IMG/VR virus record: IMGVR_UViG_3300019458_000002 | Coordinates: 1-64,000 of that record | Source: a virus | Length of the DNA: 64,000 nucleotides | Reading direction: 5' to 3' (one strand) | Shown: piece by piece, positions 51,620-60,100 of the stretch | How the letters are laid out: the number at the start of each line of letters is the position of its first letter | Position numbering within the stretch: position 1 is the first letter of the stretch | Program-made: the position numbers and the translations under genes | The notes under the pieces: generated by a model | The model's input: only the letters and a program-made list of their open reading frames with translations | Databases searched by the model: none | What the model was told of the DNA's origin: nothing

Positions 51620-51871
51620 ATGGCCGAAGAAGTAATTAGCACCCGTAAGGGTGGAGGTCGCCTATTGAAGGCGGTTGTAGAGGCTCGCGAAAGCGAAGCC
51701 ATTATCATGTTTCGTAGTGGAAGCTCTGCAAAGACCGTACAAGAGTATCTGAAGACCAAGTATGGTAAGCAGATGCGAGCCAAGAGGCTATACGAACTTA
51801 AGAAATTGGCTCAGGCCAAAGATGCGGAAGCAGCAGTTACACTGCCCGTAACCGCAGAACTTGTAGTTTAA
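51620..51871 (+). CDS. Small basic protein (possible DNA binding)
   Basis: I prefer ATG 51620 (AAGGAAG upstream) over the track start at 51584. Lys/Arg-rich. Confidence 0.5.
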   Translation: MAEEVISTRKGGGRLLKAVVEARESEAIIMFRSGSSAKTVQEYLKTKYGKQMRAKRLYELKKLAQAKDAEAAVTLPVTAELVV

Positions 51872-52015
51872 GATATTGCCAAGCAAGCCCAGAAGTGGAA
51901 GGCAAAGCCCAGTCGAAGTCATAACGACGGTTATGTTCGCGTCAACCTGCGACAGATTGGGGTAAAGGGACAGGTATCCTAGGGCACCAGGGATATTGCT
52001 GGGTAGGTGTCATTT

Positions 52016-52102
52016 TCCCTGGTCATCTAGCGGAACAAGACCAAGTTCGGATACTAAATCCGTTTCCTTGGAACGTTGGTTCGAATCCAACCTAGGGAGC
52101 CA
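52016..52102 (+). tRNA. tRNA-scaffold gene (87 nt, CCA encoded) with an extended or interrupted anticodon arm; anticodon unresolved
   Basis: TCCCTGG-TCA-TCT-AGCGGAACA-AGA-CCAAG-TT-CGGAT-ACTAA-ATCCG-TTTC-CTTGG-AAC-GTTGG-TTCGAAT-CCAAC-CTAGGGA-G-CCA. Confidence 0.55.
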
Positions 52103-52103
52103 A

Positions 52104-52487
52104 ATGAAACCATTCCAACACTGCAAAAACAGTGCCCGTAAGTACGGAGGAGTTGCTGAGGACTACATTCCTGTCCACAACTTCTTTGACGAGACGAAAG
52201 CCCATATGCCTGATGTAAGGCATCGCACAATTCTGCACAACAGCTATGGAATCTGGCTAGCTGAACGTCTATTTGGAACCACAATAACCAATAGCGAAGG
52301 CAAGAAGGTTTCTGTAAGGGATTTGGGTGAGGACCATGTAATAGAAGACCTTGGATTTATACCAACTCTTCAAGATGTCTTGAAAGATTTACCAATCAAT
52401 GATATAGTAGGAGCAAGGCTTCGTAAACGAACGAAGTATGATTTGCAGGGCAACAAAGTAGAAACTAAAGAACTGGAGGATGATTAG
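52104..52487 (+). CDS. Hypothetical protein
   Basis: I prefer ATG 52104 (MKPFQHCKNS...), directly after the tRNA. The track ORF start at 51996 runs through the tRNA. Confidence 0.6.
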   Translation: MKPFQHCKNSARKYGGVAEDYIPVHNFFDETKAHMPDVRHRTILHNSYGIWLAERLFGTTITNSEGKKVSVRDLGEDHVIEDLGFIPTLQDVLKDLPINDIVGARLRKRTKYDLQGNKVETKELEDD

Positions 52488-52934
52488 ATGGGCGCACTAG
52501 ATAAGGTTAAGGAAATTGAGCAGATGAAGAAGGATTACCAGGCTCGCTTAGAGAAAGAAGCAAAGGCAGTCGTTGGCGAAGTATTTGCGGAGTTTTTTGC
52601 AGCGAATCCAACTGTCAAAGTAGTTCACTGGGCTCAGTATACGCCCTATTTCAATGACGGGGACGTCTGTGAATTTGGTGTAGGCGACTTCTACTACAAC
52701 CTAGAGACAGATGAATTTGACGGTGAAGGAGATGGTGACGATGATGGAGGTGATGGCAAGACTGGGTATCGCTATGCCAGCGACTGGCGTGATGACGTGA
52801 GCCCCGTAGAGAAGGCCGTTGCAAACCTCAGAAAGGTTCTTCCAGAAGATGTTCTGGAGGTTGCTTTCGGTGACCATACCAGTGTCAATGCAACCAAAGA
52901 TGGTTTTGAGGTAGAATCATACGACCATGACTAA
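52488..52934 (+). CDS. Highly acidic hypothetical protein
   Basis: 148 aa with an Asp/Gly-rich tract (DEFDGEGDGDDDGGDG). Confidence 0.6.
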   Translation: MGALDKVKEIEQMKKDYQARLEKEAKAVVGEVFAEFFAANPTVKVVHWAQYTPYFNDGDVCEFGVGDFYYNLETDEFDGEGDGDDDGGDGKTGYRYASDWRDDVSPVEKAVANLRKVLPEDVLEVAFGDHTSVNATKDGFEVESYDHD

Positions 52935-53124
52935 GAACTTGGCATTTGTTTTGCTATTTCTGTCAATCTGCGGCCTAGGTACCAGGCTGTTCTATGTTCA
53001 GAAACATCTTGACGAATCAAGGGCTTCCATGGGAAAGTGTATAAAGGTTGGCTGGGAGTGTGCTCACATGCTCCGAGCCTGTTATAACAACAAATCAAAT
53101 CTCATTGATGCGGAGCTACAATAA
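52927..53124 (+). CDS. Small membrane protein
   Basis: 65 aa. N-terminal hydrophobic LAFVLLFLSICGLG. Confidence 0.5.
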   Translation: MTKNLAFVLLFLSICGLGTRLFYVQKHLDESRASMGKCIKVGWECAHMLRACYNNKSNLIDAELQ

Positions 53125-53513
53125 TGCCTGGATATTGGAGAAAATACGTACCTGAGGAGCTTCCTAAAACCCGATATTCCTTTTTTAAGGAAAACGGAAA
53201 ACTAAGGGCCGTAATTGCAGCCATTGAATGGGAAGGAAGCATCTACACAGCGGTTGCTATGTGTCATGCTGACGACCAATTCAATAGAATCATTGGCAAA
53301 AGAATTGCTGAAGGCCGCGTCCACAAGCTAATGGCCATGGGGTTTTCATGCCATGGAGAAAAAGCGGTTATTTTGCCTGTAGAGGACTTCGTTCAACATC
53401 TTAGGGTCTTGCGAGTCTTGGAGGAACAGTCTACACTCAGTGCTATTCCTGGTAATTCATTTGTTGCCGCAAGTGTTGTTTCGAAAATTGTTGACATCTT
53501 TGGATATGAATAA
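53124..53513 (+). CDS. Hypothetical protein
   Basis: 129 aa. TAATG overlaps on both sides. Confidence 0.55.
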   Translation: MPGYWRKYVPEELPKTRYSFFKENGKLRAVIAAIEWEGSIYTAVAMCHADDQFNRIIGKRIAEGRVHKLMAMGFSCHGEKAVILPVEDFVQHLRVLRVLEEQSTLSAIPGNSFVAASVVSKIVDIFGYE

Positions 53514-54361
53514 TGAAAAACCCAATCATTCTCCTGGTAGGCGATGCTGGCTCTGGCAAGGATACTATTGGCAAGACTATTGCCGATAACTACAACGGAA
53601 TCACAATTGGCCAAGCTGACCCAATGAAAAGATTCGCAAAGAAGGTCTTTGGGTTCTCTGATGAGCAGCTGTGGGGGTCTTCGGAAGAAAGAAACATCCC
53701 ATCTGAATTCACAATCTCCTCAACCCATGAGAAATTGGAGCTTCACGGACCAGATTGGGTGGATAGCATCCTTGAACCCGTAAACAAGACTAACCTTCAC
53801 AGAGAAACCGTTAAGGAACTTGAAAATTGGTACTGGAAACACGTAGTCCATCGTGGAGATATTTCCAGCAAAGCTCCAGAAGTTCAGTTGATTACCCCAA
53901 GATATGTCCTCATGACTCTGGGGACCGAGTTTGTTCGTGAGTCAATCGACAAAGACCTGTGGGTAGATGACGCACTTTACTACTCAAGGCAATTACTTGG
54001 TGGTGGCTTCGGATATACCAGAGACAAGGGTTTGTGTCGTGATGGCAAGCAAGCAGGTTACGATTACGTTGTGATTACAGATGGTCGCTTCCGCAATGAA
54101 GTAGTTGCAGTTAGGTTTGTGGGAGGAGCTACTGTCAGAGTTATTCGGGCAGGTAGTGCATCACAGGCTGCCCAGAAGGCTGGGATACAAGGCCATTCCT
54201 CAGAAACAGAGCAATGGCAAATTCCACACCATTTCTTTGACGAAGAAATTGGAAATGTAGGTACACTGCAAGACCTGGAAAGAAAGACCCACGCCTTCAT
54301 GAGCCTGGGATTCGATGACTCAAGGAGCTATAATGCTCTAAAGAGCTTTCCTTCTTTCTAA
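53513..54361 (+). CDS. P-loop kinase, dNMP-kinase (T4 gp1)-like
   Basis: 282 aa. N-terminal IILLVGDAGSGKDTIGK. Confidence 0.55.
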   Translation: MKNPIILLVGDAGSGKDTIGKTIADNYNGITIGQADPMKRFAKKVFGFSDEQLWGSSEERNIPSEFTISSTHEKLELHGPDWVDSILEPVNKTNLHRETVKELENWYWKHVVHRGDISSKAPEVQLITPRYVLMTLGTEFVRESIDKDLWVDDALYYSRQLLGGGFGYTRDKGLCRDGKQAGYDYVVITDGRFRNEVVAVRFVGGATVRVIRAGSASQAAQKAGIQGHSSETEQWQIPHHFFDEEIGNVGTLQDLERKTHAFMSLGFDDSRSYNALKSFPSF

Positions 54362-54381
54362 CTCTGTGGCATAGTAAACCT

Positions 54382-54702
54382 ATGGACCGATTTTACCGAA
54401 TGGCTAGAAAGCTCTCTTTTAAGAGCAAGTACCATGAGTCTAATAAACGCATGGCAGCAGTCGTGGTTAAAGGTGGGTCCATTATCAGTGCAGAAGTTAA
54501 TAGACTTCAGAAGCATGCAGAGCGTAGAGCCCTAAGGCCCCATGCGGACCTTGAGGGTGCATCCGTCTATGTCGCAAGGTCTAATGGCTTGATTTCTAGG
54601 CCTTGCAAGGAGTGTATGGACGTTATCATAGCCTCAGGCATTAGCAAAATTGTTTACGTCAACAAAGACGGCAACTTGGTAAAGGAGTACATTAGACGAT
54701 GA
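54382..54702 (+). CDS. Small cytidine/deoxycytidylate-deaminase-fold zinc enzyme
   Basis: 106 aa. KHAERRAL (HxE) and RPCKECMDVI (PCxxC). Confidence 0.65.
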   Translation: MDRFYRMARKLSFKSKYHESNKRMAAVVVKGGSIISAEVNRLQKHAERRALRPHADLEGASVYVARSNGLISRPCKECMDVIIASGISKIVYVNKDGNLVKEYIRR

Positions 54703-54917
54703 CTTACCTGCTATACGCATACCTAGCTTTACTTGTGTTTTTCTTGGGCTTGTCACGGGAAAGCCTTTTTCTTCCTTCTACCTCAAAGAAGGAGGCCGTT
54801 GTTATGCTGCTTGTGGTTTTGTTTTGGCCGCTTAGTATTTTGTTTGCAGTGTACGAAAACTACATGTCGAATCGGGCCTGGAAGAAGTTTATGGAAGAAA
54901 GAGGCCACAGCAAGTGA
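54699..54917 (+). CDS. Small membrane protein
   Basis: 72 aa with two hydrophobic segments. ATGA overlap. Confidence 0.5.
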   Translation: MTYLLYAYLALLVFFLGLSRESLFLPSTSKKEAVVMLLVVLFWPLSILFAVYENYMSNRAWKKFMEERGHSK

Positions 54918-54922
54918 AGTAA

Positions 54923-55225
54923 ATGGACTACCTAATTTCAAACTACATTGTAGACAAGTGGAGCTTAGTCCATGTATTTGTGTGGTTTGTTTGCTCCCTG
55001 TACTTCATCAAGAAAGAATACCTCTGTTTCTCAGACGTTATCACATATGGGCTGGTCAGCGCATTTGCTTGGGAGGCCTTAGAAATGCTACTGTTTGCTG
55101 CTTACGGAGTGAAGCACGACGAACCTGCATTAAATCGCTGGCTAGCTGACCCGATTTTTGATATGATTGGTGTACTGGGTGCTTACTGGACTTATCTTTG
55201 GTGTCATTACGACCCCGATAACTAA
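54923..55225 (+). CDS. Membrane protein
   Basis: 100 aa with three hydrophobic segments. Confidence 0.5.
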   Translation: MDYLISNYIVDKWSLVHVFVWFVCSLYFIKKEYLCFSDVITYGLVSAFAWEALEMLLFAAYGVKHDEPALNRWLADPIFDMIGVLGAYWTYLWCHYDPDN

Positions 55226-55227
55226 GG

Positions 55228-55303
55228 GCTTGCATACGCTCAGTTGGTAGAGCATCTGGAGTGATGATTCAGAAGGTCGCGGGTTCGAGTCCCGCTGCGA
55301 GCA
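55228..55303 (+). tRNA. tRNA-Ile(GAU)-like gene with atypical geometry
   Basis: GCTTGCA-TAC-GCTC-AGTTGGTA-GAGC-A-TCTGGA-GTGATGA-TTCAGA-AGGTC-GCGGG-TTCGAGT-CCCGC-TGCGAGC-A. The connector is 3 nt and the anticodon stem 6 bp. Confidence 0.6.
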
Positions 55304-55315
55304 CAAGGGATAAAT

Positions 55316-55591
55316 ATGGAAGAAAAACATACAAAAGTAGTCAACATTCATTTTCCTCTTACACCAACAGAACTAGCTATTGGTATCTCAGAGCTTCGGT
55401 ATGATGGGCTACAGAAATTTCTAGAGGTGTTAGCAGATAAAATCAGTGATGATGCCGCCCAAGATTTAAGCAAAGGACGGGTAAAGCTTTCCTCCTCTCT
55501 TAAAGAAGCATCTACTTGCTTAAGTGATGCTGCGGCACGCATTGCTGATGCCTGGGAAATTTGCGAACCTTACGAGACAAAAAATGACTGA
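55316..55591 (+). CDS. Hypothetical protein
   Basis: 91 aa, between the tRNA and the Nudix gene. Confidence 0.5.
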   Translation: MEEKHTKVVNIHFPLTPTELAIGISELRYDGLQKFLEVLADKISDDAAQDLSKGRVKLSSSLKEASTCLSDAAARIADAWEICEPYETKND

Positions 55592-56093
55592 CCAAGAAGA
55601 ATGGCCTAAGGCTGCACTTAGCGTAGATATTGTTTGTTTGAAGCTTACAGCTGGTCCAGGCTCACAACCCGAGGTTCTACTAGTAAAAAGGCGGAATAAG
55701 CCATATAAAAACATGTGGGCACTGCCTGGTGGATTCGTGGACATTGCAACAGGCGAAACAACAGAGCATGCCGCCGTCAGAGAGTTAGGTGAGGAAACTG
55801 GGGTTTGGGGAATTCATGAATCTGAAATGAAGCTCTTTGGAGTTTACTCTGAACTCAATAGAGACCCTAGGCATCGCACAATTTCAGTTGGTTATTATTT
55901 GACTGTATCAAGCGCCCTTGGTATCGTGGCTGGTGATGATGCAGCGGAGGCAAGCTTCTTCCCTTTATCTTTACCCACGATAAGGAAAGCTATGCCTCTA
56001 GCCTTTGACCATAACAAGATTTTAAATGATGCAGTTCAGACGCGGCTATATATGAATTGTAACGGTGTCTGGCAAATGAAGGAGCTACCATGA
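55584..56093 (+). CDS. Nudix hydrolase (ADP-ribose pyrophosphatase-like)
   Basis: I prefer ATG 55584 (MTDQEEWPK...). Nudix box GGFVDIATGETTEHAAVRELGEETGV. Confidence 0.75.
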   Translation: MTDQEEWPKAALSVDIVCLKLTAGPGSQPEVLLVKRRNKPYKNMWALPGGFVDIATGETTEHAAVRELGEETGVWGIHESEMKLFGVYSELNRDPRHRTISVGYYLTVSSALGIVAGDDAAEASFFPLSLPTIRKAMPLAFDHNKILNDAVQTRLYMNCNGVWQMKELP

Positions 56094-57487
56094 AGGACAA
56101 TCTGATTATTGACACAGATAGCTATAAGGCAGGACACTTCCTACAGTGGCCGCCTGGCACAACTAAAGCTGTTGCGTATCTGGAAGCCAGGGCTGGCTCC
56201 ATGTACGACTACACGCTGTTTGGGGGCCTCCAGATTCTGCTTATGAGAGACCTGGCTGGTGCCGTAGTCACTGAAGCTGATGTTGATGAAGCCCGCCTGT
56301 TCTTTGAACAGCATGGCGAGCCATTCCCGAGGGATGGCTGGATGAAGATTGTAGACAAGTGCGGGGGCCGTCTGCCTGTTCGAATTCGCGCGGTTCCTGA
56401 AGGAACTGTAGTGCCCATTAACAATGTGCTAATGACTGTGGAGTCACTAGACCCTGAACTGTACTGGCTGCCTGGTTGGCTTGAGACCAAGCTTATGCGC
56501 CTTTGGTATCCTATCACGGTTGCAACCCGTAGCTTTGCCTGCAAAAAGGTCATCAAGTCTTTCTTGGATAAGACCGCCGATAACACTGACGCGGAAATTA
56601 ATTTTAAGCTCCATGACTTTGGTGGAAGAGGAGTGTCCAGCCGAGAAAGTGCTGGCTATGGGGGCTGCGCACATCTTTTCAACTTCATGGGTAGCGATAC
56701 CTGTGAAGGAGTTCACTATGCCAACACCTACTACAACAACCACAAGATGTCAGGCTATTCCATTCCCGCAATGGAACACTCCACAGTTATCTCCTGGGGT
56801 CCAGAGCATGAAAGAGATGCATTCGAGAACATGGTTCGTACATCGAAGGGCCATAACCTGATTGCTTGCGTATCCGACAGCTACGACATCTATAATGCGG
56901 TAGCCAATATCTGGGGAGACCCCAATATGGTTGAGTTTTTGAAACTCCATAAGAAGACTGTGGTCATTCGTCCAGACAGTGGAGACCCACAGGTTGTCAA
57001 CTTTAATATTCTAAGGATTCTGGAAGAGAAGGTTGGTATGACCCTTAACACAAAGGGCTACAAGGTTCTGCCTGATTGCTACCGCCTGATTCAGGGCGAT
57101 GGTAATAACACAGAAAAGGACATTGCAGATGTTCTAGGCTATCTCGAAAGGGCTGGATACAGCGCTTCCAATATTGCCTTTGGCATGGGTGGAGGACTTC
57201 TGCAGAAGCTTGATAGGGACACACAGCGCTTTGCCTTCAAGACCAGTCAACTGGTTGTGGACGAAGAACGCAGGGATGTCTGTAAGACACCCGCTACCGA
57301 CCCTTCCAAGGCCAGCAAGAAAGGCTACCTGGATTTGGTAAAGATGGATGGACAGTATTACACTGTCAAGGTGCTTGAGAACAAGCCCCACAATGAATCT
57401 CAACTTGTGACAGTCTTTGAAAACGGCAAAATCATGAAGGAGTACAGCCTTGAAGAAGTCCGTAAAACAGCTGCCTCCAGTCTGTAG
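56090..57487 (+). CDS. nadV: Nicotinamide phosphoribosyltransferase (Nampt)
   Basis: 465 aa. NLIIDTDSYKAGHF at the N-terminus, with length and layout typical of NadV. ATGA overlap with the Nudix gene. Confidence 0.85.
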   Translation: MKDNLIIDTDSYKAGHFLQWPPGTTKAVAYLEARAGSMYDYTLFGGLQILLMRDLAGAVVTEADVDEARLFFEQHGEPFPRDGWMKIVDKCGGRLPVRIRAVPEGTVVPINNVLMTVESLDPELYWLPGWLETKLMRLWYPITVATRSFACKKVIKSFLDKTADNTDAEINFKLHDFGGRGVSSRESAGYGGCAHLFNFMGSDTCEGVHYANTYYNNHKMSGYSIPAMEHSTVISWGPEHERDAFENMVRTSKGHNLIACVSDSYDIYNAVANIWGDPNMVEFLKLHKKTVVIRPDSGDPQVVNFNILRILEEKVGMTLNTKGYKVLPDCYRLIQGDGNNTEKDIADVLGYLERAGYSASNIAFGMGGGLLQKLDRDTQRFAFKTSQLVVDEERRDVCKTPATDPSKASKKGYLDLVKMDGQYYTVKVLENKPHNESQLVTVFENGKIMKEYSLEEVRKTAASSL

Positions 57488-57674
57488 ATATAACAAAGAG
57501 CACAGGGGTGGCAGCACCCTCTGTTATCTGTATTGTTTTACTGAGGACGAACCCGCATTCTGGTTGGACTGGAAAAAGAATAAGTTTGAAGCAGTTCAAG
57601 TAGACCCACAGACTGGGATAGCATATACTAGAGACTTAAACCATCCAATCGAAGAAGACGAATTTGTTCGATGA
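57450..57674 (+). CDS. Doubtful small ORF between nadV and the NMNAT gene
   Basis: The only in-frame start is TTG 57450, inside nadV. The C-terminal half looks protein-like, and its stop overlaps the next ATG (ATGA). Confidence 0.3.
   Translation: MKKSVKQLPPVCRYNKEHRGGSTLCYLYCFTEDEPAFWLDWKKNKFEAVQVDPQTGIAYTRDLNHPIEEDEFVR
57505..57539 (+). terminator. Hairpin + T-rich tract after nadV (possible intrinsic terminator/attenuator)
   Basis: GGGGTG-GCAG-CACCCT followed by CTGTTATCTGTATTGTTTT. Confidence 0.35.
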
Positions 57675-58900
57675 AGCTACATCCATGGAAGGCGCTTAAA
57701 ATGAAAGCTGGCGGTGCATACAAGTTCTTTTCGGACCTAAGGGATAAAGGTGACACAAACCTCTACATTGCAGCTGCAGGAGGTGCCTCCGACCTACAGG
57801 GCAGCGCACTCCTAGTGCCTGGAGCAAGTTCCTACCTTGTAGGTGCAGAACTTTTGTACTCCACTCACACATTCGACAGATTTATTGGCCATACTCCACG
57901 CAATTACTGCAGCCAGTATGCAGCAATTGAGCTTGCAATTTCAGCTTTCATTAGAGCAAAGATGGATTGTGCATATGACCTCAAAGTCAAGCCCAAGAAG
58001 AGCATTGGCTTAGGTATAGCCTGCGCATTGACCGCATTCAAGCATAGACGCGGAGAAAATAGAGTCCATGCCGCCGTAGTTTCTGACTACGGATGTTACA
58101 TTGTGTCTCTGACTCTTCCAAAGGAAGAAGACCCAAATCTCTCTGTGGATGACCGATTTTACGCAAGAATTGGAGAAAATCACGATTGCGATGACCTTGG
58201 TCTTGAGCTTCTTGATTTTATTGTTAATGGCGGCGACTTCAAGGCTGATAAGATTGAAGACACCGAACTCCTGGAGCACATCATGGACAGGCCCACATTC
58301 GTTTTCGATGGACGCCGTTGTCCTGCTCCAGAAGTTAAGGCTGCTCAGGACAATATTATGCTGTATCCAGGGTCTTTCAATCCTGCGCATGAAGGTCACA
58401 AAAGGACGGCTGAAAGTGTCATTGAGGCTGGGTTTGCTGGTGAAGTCATTCCTTACATTACAATTGACCCACCACATAAGGCCCCCATTAAACCCATTGA
58501 CCTTCTAACCAGAATATCGTATCTTAAAGTTCAGCTACCCACCAATACAGTGCTGGTTAGCAAAGGAGACCCGTTGTTTGTTGATAAAGCCGCACGTTGG
58601 CCAGGAGTTACCATGGTCATGGGCTCTGACACACTTAACAATGTCATGGACCCTAAGTACGGTCTGTCTCCAGAAGAAGTTTGTAGGCAGTTCAATACAC
58701 ACAAGACATTTCTAATTGTGGTCAAGCGTCCGGGGCACGAGTACCGTATAGATTTAAAGCCCCTTGACACGCCTGTTCAGTATTTAACTGGCTACAACAA
58801 TCTCGAAACCTCATCTACGCAGATTAGGAAGGGCTGGGAGCCCTGCGAGGAATGTCACGTAATTGGAAATCACAAAATGGACTGTGGGAGAAATAGATGA
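57671..58900 (+). CDS. Fusion: CinA/PncC-like (NMN deamidase-like) N-domain + NMN/NaMN adenylyltransferase C-domain
   Basis: 409 aa. N-domain IAAAGGASDLQGSALLVPGASSYLVGAELLYS. C-domain YPGSFNPAHEGH and ETSSTQIRKG. Confidence 0.65.
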   Translation: MKLHPWKALKMKAGGAYKFFSDLRDKGDTNLYIAAAGGASDLQGSALLVPGASSYLVGAELLYSTHTFDRFIGHTPRNYCSQYAAIELAISAFIRAKMDCAYDLKVKPKKSIGLGIACALTAFKHRRGENRVHAAVVSDYGCYIVSLTLPKEEDPNLSVDDRFYARIGENHDCDDLGLELLDFIVNGGDFKADKIEDTELLEHIMDRPTFVFDGRRCPAPEVKAAQDNIMLYPGSFNPAHEGHKRTAESVIEAGFAGEVIPYITIDPPHKAPIKPIDLLTRISYLKVQLPTNTVLVSKGDPLFVDKAARWPGVTMVMGSDTLNNVMDPKYGLSPEEVCRQFNTHKTFLIVVKRPGHEYRIDLKPLDTPVQYLTGYNNLETSSTQIRKGWEPCEECHVIGNHKMDCGRNR

Positions 58901-60072
58901 GCGACGTAAAACATCCAGACAGCGCACTGTTGCCTGACTTATTCAAGAAGAATTCAAAGGGCGGCATCCAGTACTGGGCCATCAAGTACAATAAGAACGT
59001 TATCACTGTCACCCATGGCAAGCATGGTGGGAAAATGCAGGTAACAGAAGAGGTTATTGAAAAAGGCAAGAACCTTGGCAAGGCCAATGAGACTACACCC
59101 GCAGAGCAAGCTCGTCTTGAGTCTATCAGCAAGTGGGAGAAACAAGTCAAGAAGGGTTACGTCACCCAGATTGTAGATGCTGAAGAAGGCAAGGTGGATG
59201 AAACCGTTATTGAAGGTGGCATCAACCCCATGCTCGCTCACAAATACACTGAGCACCCAGACAAAATCCAGTGGCCTTGCTATTCACAGCCAAAGCTAGA
59301 TGGAATTCGGTGCATTGCAGTCATTGAAGGTGGAGTATGCACATTGTGGAGCCGCACCCGCAAAGTCATTATTGGTGTACCTCACATCAATGAGTACTTA
59401 GCTAAGAAGTTTGCTGGCTCAAACATCATTTTGGATGGCGAGCTTTACAACCACAAGTACAAGAACGACTTCGAAAAAATCTCACATTTTGTGGGACAGA
59501 AAAAGGCCCCAGAGAAGGGCCACGAAATAGTCCAGTATCACGTTTATGACATCCCCTCATGCAATGGAGGCCTACCTAAGGTAAATGCTGATACCAGCTT
59601 TGAAAAGCGTGCGGAGGCCCTTAATGTTCTGAAGAATTTTGCTGGTAAGGAATCTCCAGTTGTTGTAGTTGAAACAGTCAGTCTTGAGGACGAAGACGCC
59701 ATGAACGACTACTTCGATGCCACTACCAAAAAGGGTTACGAGGGCGTCATGCTTCGTAATGCAGCAAGTAAGTATGAAAACAAGCGCTCCTATAACCTGC
59801 AGAAGGTTAAGGAATTCATTGACGAGGAATTTGAGATTGTAGGTATGGAAGAGGCTCGTGGCAAGCGTGCTGGCCAGGCCATCGTTATTCTCAAGGCTGA
59901 GAACGGTAAGGAATTTGGAGCCGTCCCAATGGGGACAGATGAACACCGCAAAGAAATCCTCCTTAGGAAGGGCGAGCTTATTGGTAAATTGGCCACAGTA
60001 AAGTATCAAAACCTGACTGCTGATGGAATCCCAAGATTCCCGGTCCTAAAGACCATTCGAGACTACGAATAG
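58897..60072 (+). CDS. ATP-dependent DNA ligase
   Basis: 391 aa. Motifs: I PKLDGIR, III ILDGELY, IV EGVMLR, V LQKVKEF. C-terminal OB-like KYQNLTADGIPRFPV. Confidence 0.85.
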   Translation: MSDVKHPDSALLPDLFKKNSKGGIQYWAIKYNKNVITVTHGKHGGKMQVTEEVIEKGKNLGKANETTPAEQARLESISKWEKQVKKGYVTQIVDAEEGKVDETVIEGGINPMLAHKYTEHPDKIQWPCYSQPKLDGIRCIAVIEGGVCTLWSRTRKVIIGVPHINEYLAKKFAGSNIILDGELYNHKYKNDFEKISHFVGQKKAPEKGHEIVQYHVYDIPSCNGGLPKVNADTSFEKRAEALNVLKNFAGKESPVVVVETVSLEDEDAMNDYFDATTKKGYEGVMLRNAASKYENKRSYNLQKVKEFIDEEFEIVGMEEARGKRAGQAIVILKAENGKEFGAVPMGTDEHRKEILLRKGELIGKLATVKYQNLTADGIPRFPVLKTIRDYE

Positions 60073-60100
60073 TGAGAAAGAAAAGACTGGAGAGATTGCC

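Noticed and set aside
54733-55149. 138-aa plus-strand ORF overlapping two membrane-protein genes
   Set aside because: It is an alternative frame with a Cys/Arg-rich odd composition. The two tiled ORFs (54699..54917 and 54923..55225) have clean TM segments and packing.
18202-55303. Stop-codon reassignment or suppressor tRNAs, because loops contain CUA, UUA or UCA-like triplets
   Set aside because: ORFs of 600-840 codons are open under the standard code. TAA, TAG and TGA all terminate well-packed genes here. None of the triplets sits in a canonical 34-36 position.
56209-57517. Minus-strand ORFs inside nadV (56209..56586, 56447..56743, 56750..56950, 57134..57517)
   Set aside because: They are antisense to a confidently recognised Nampt gene.
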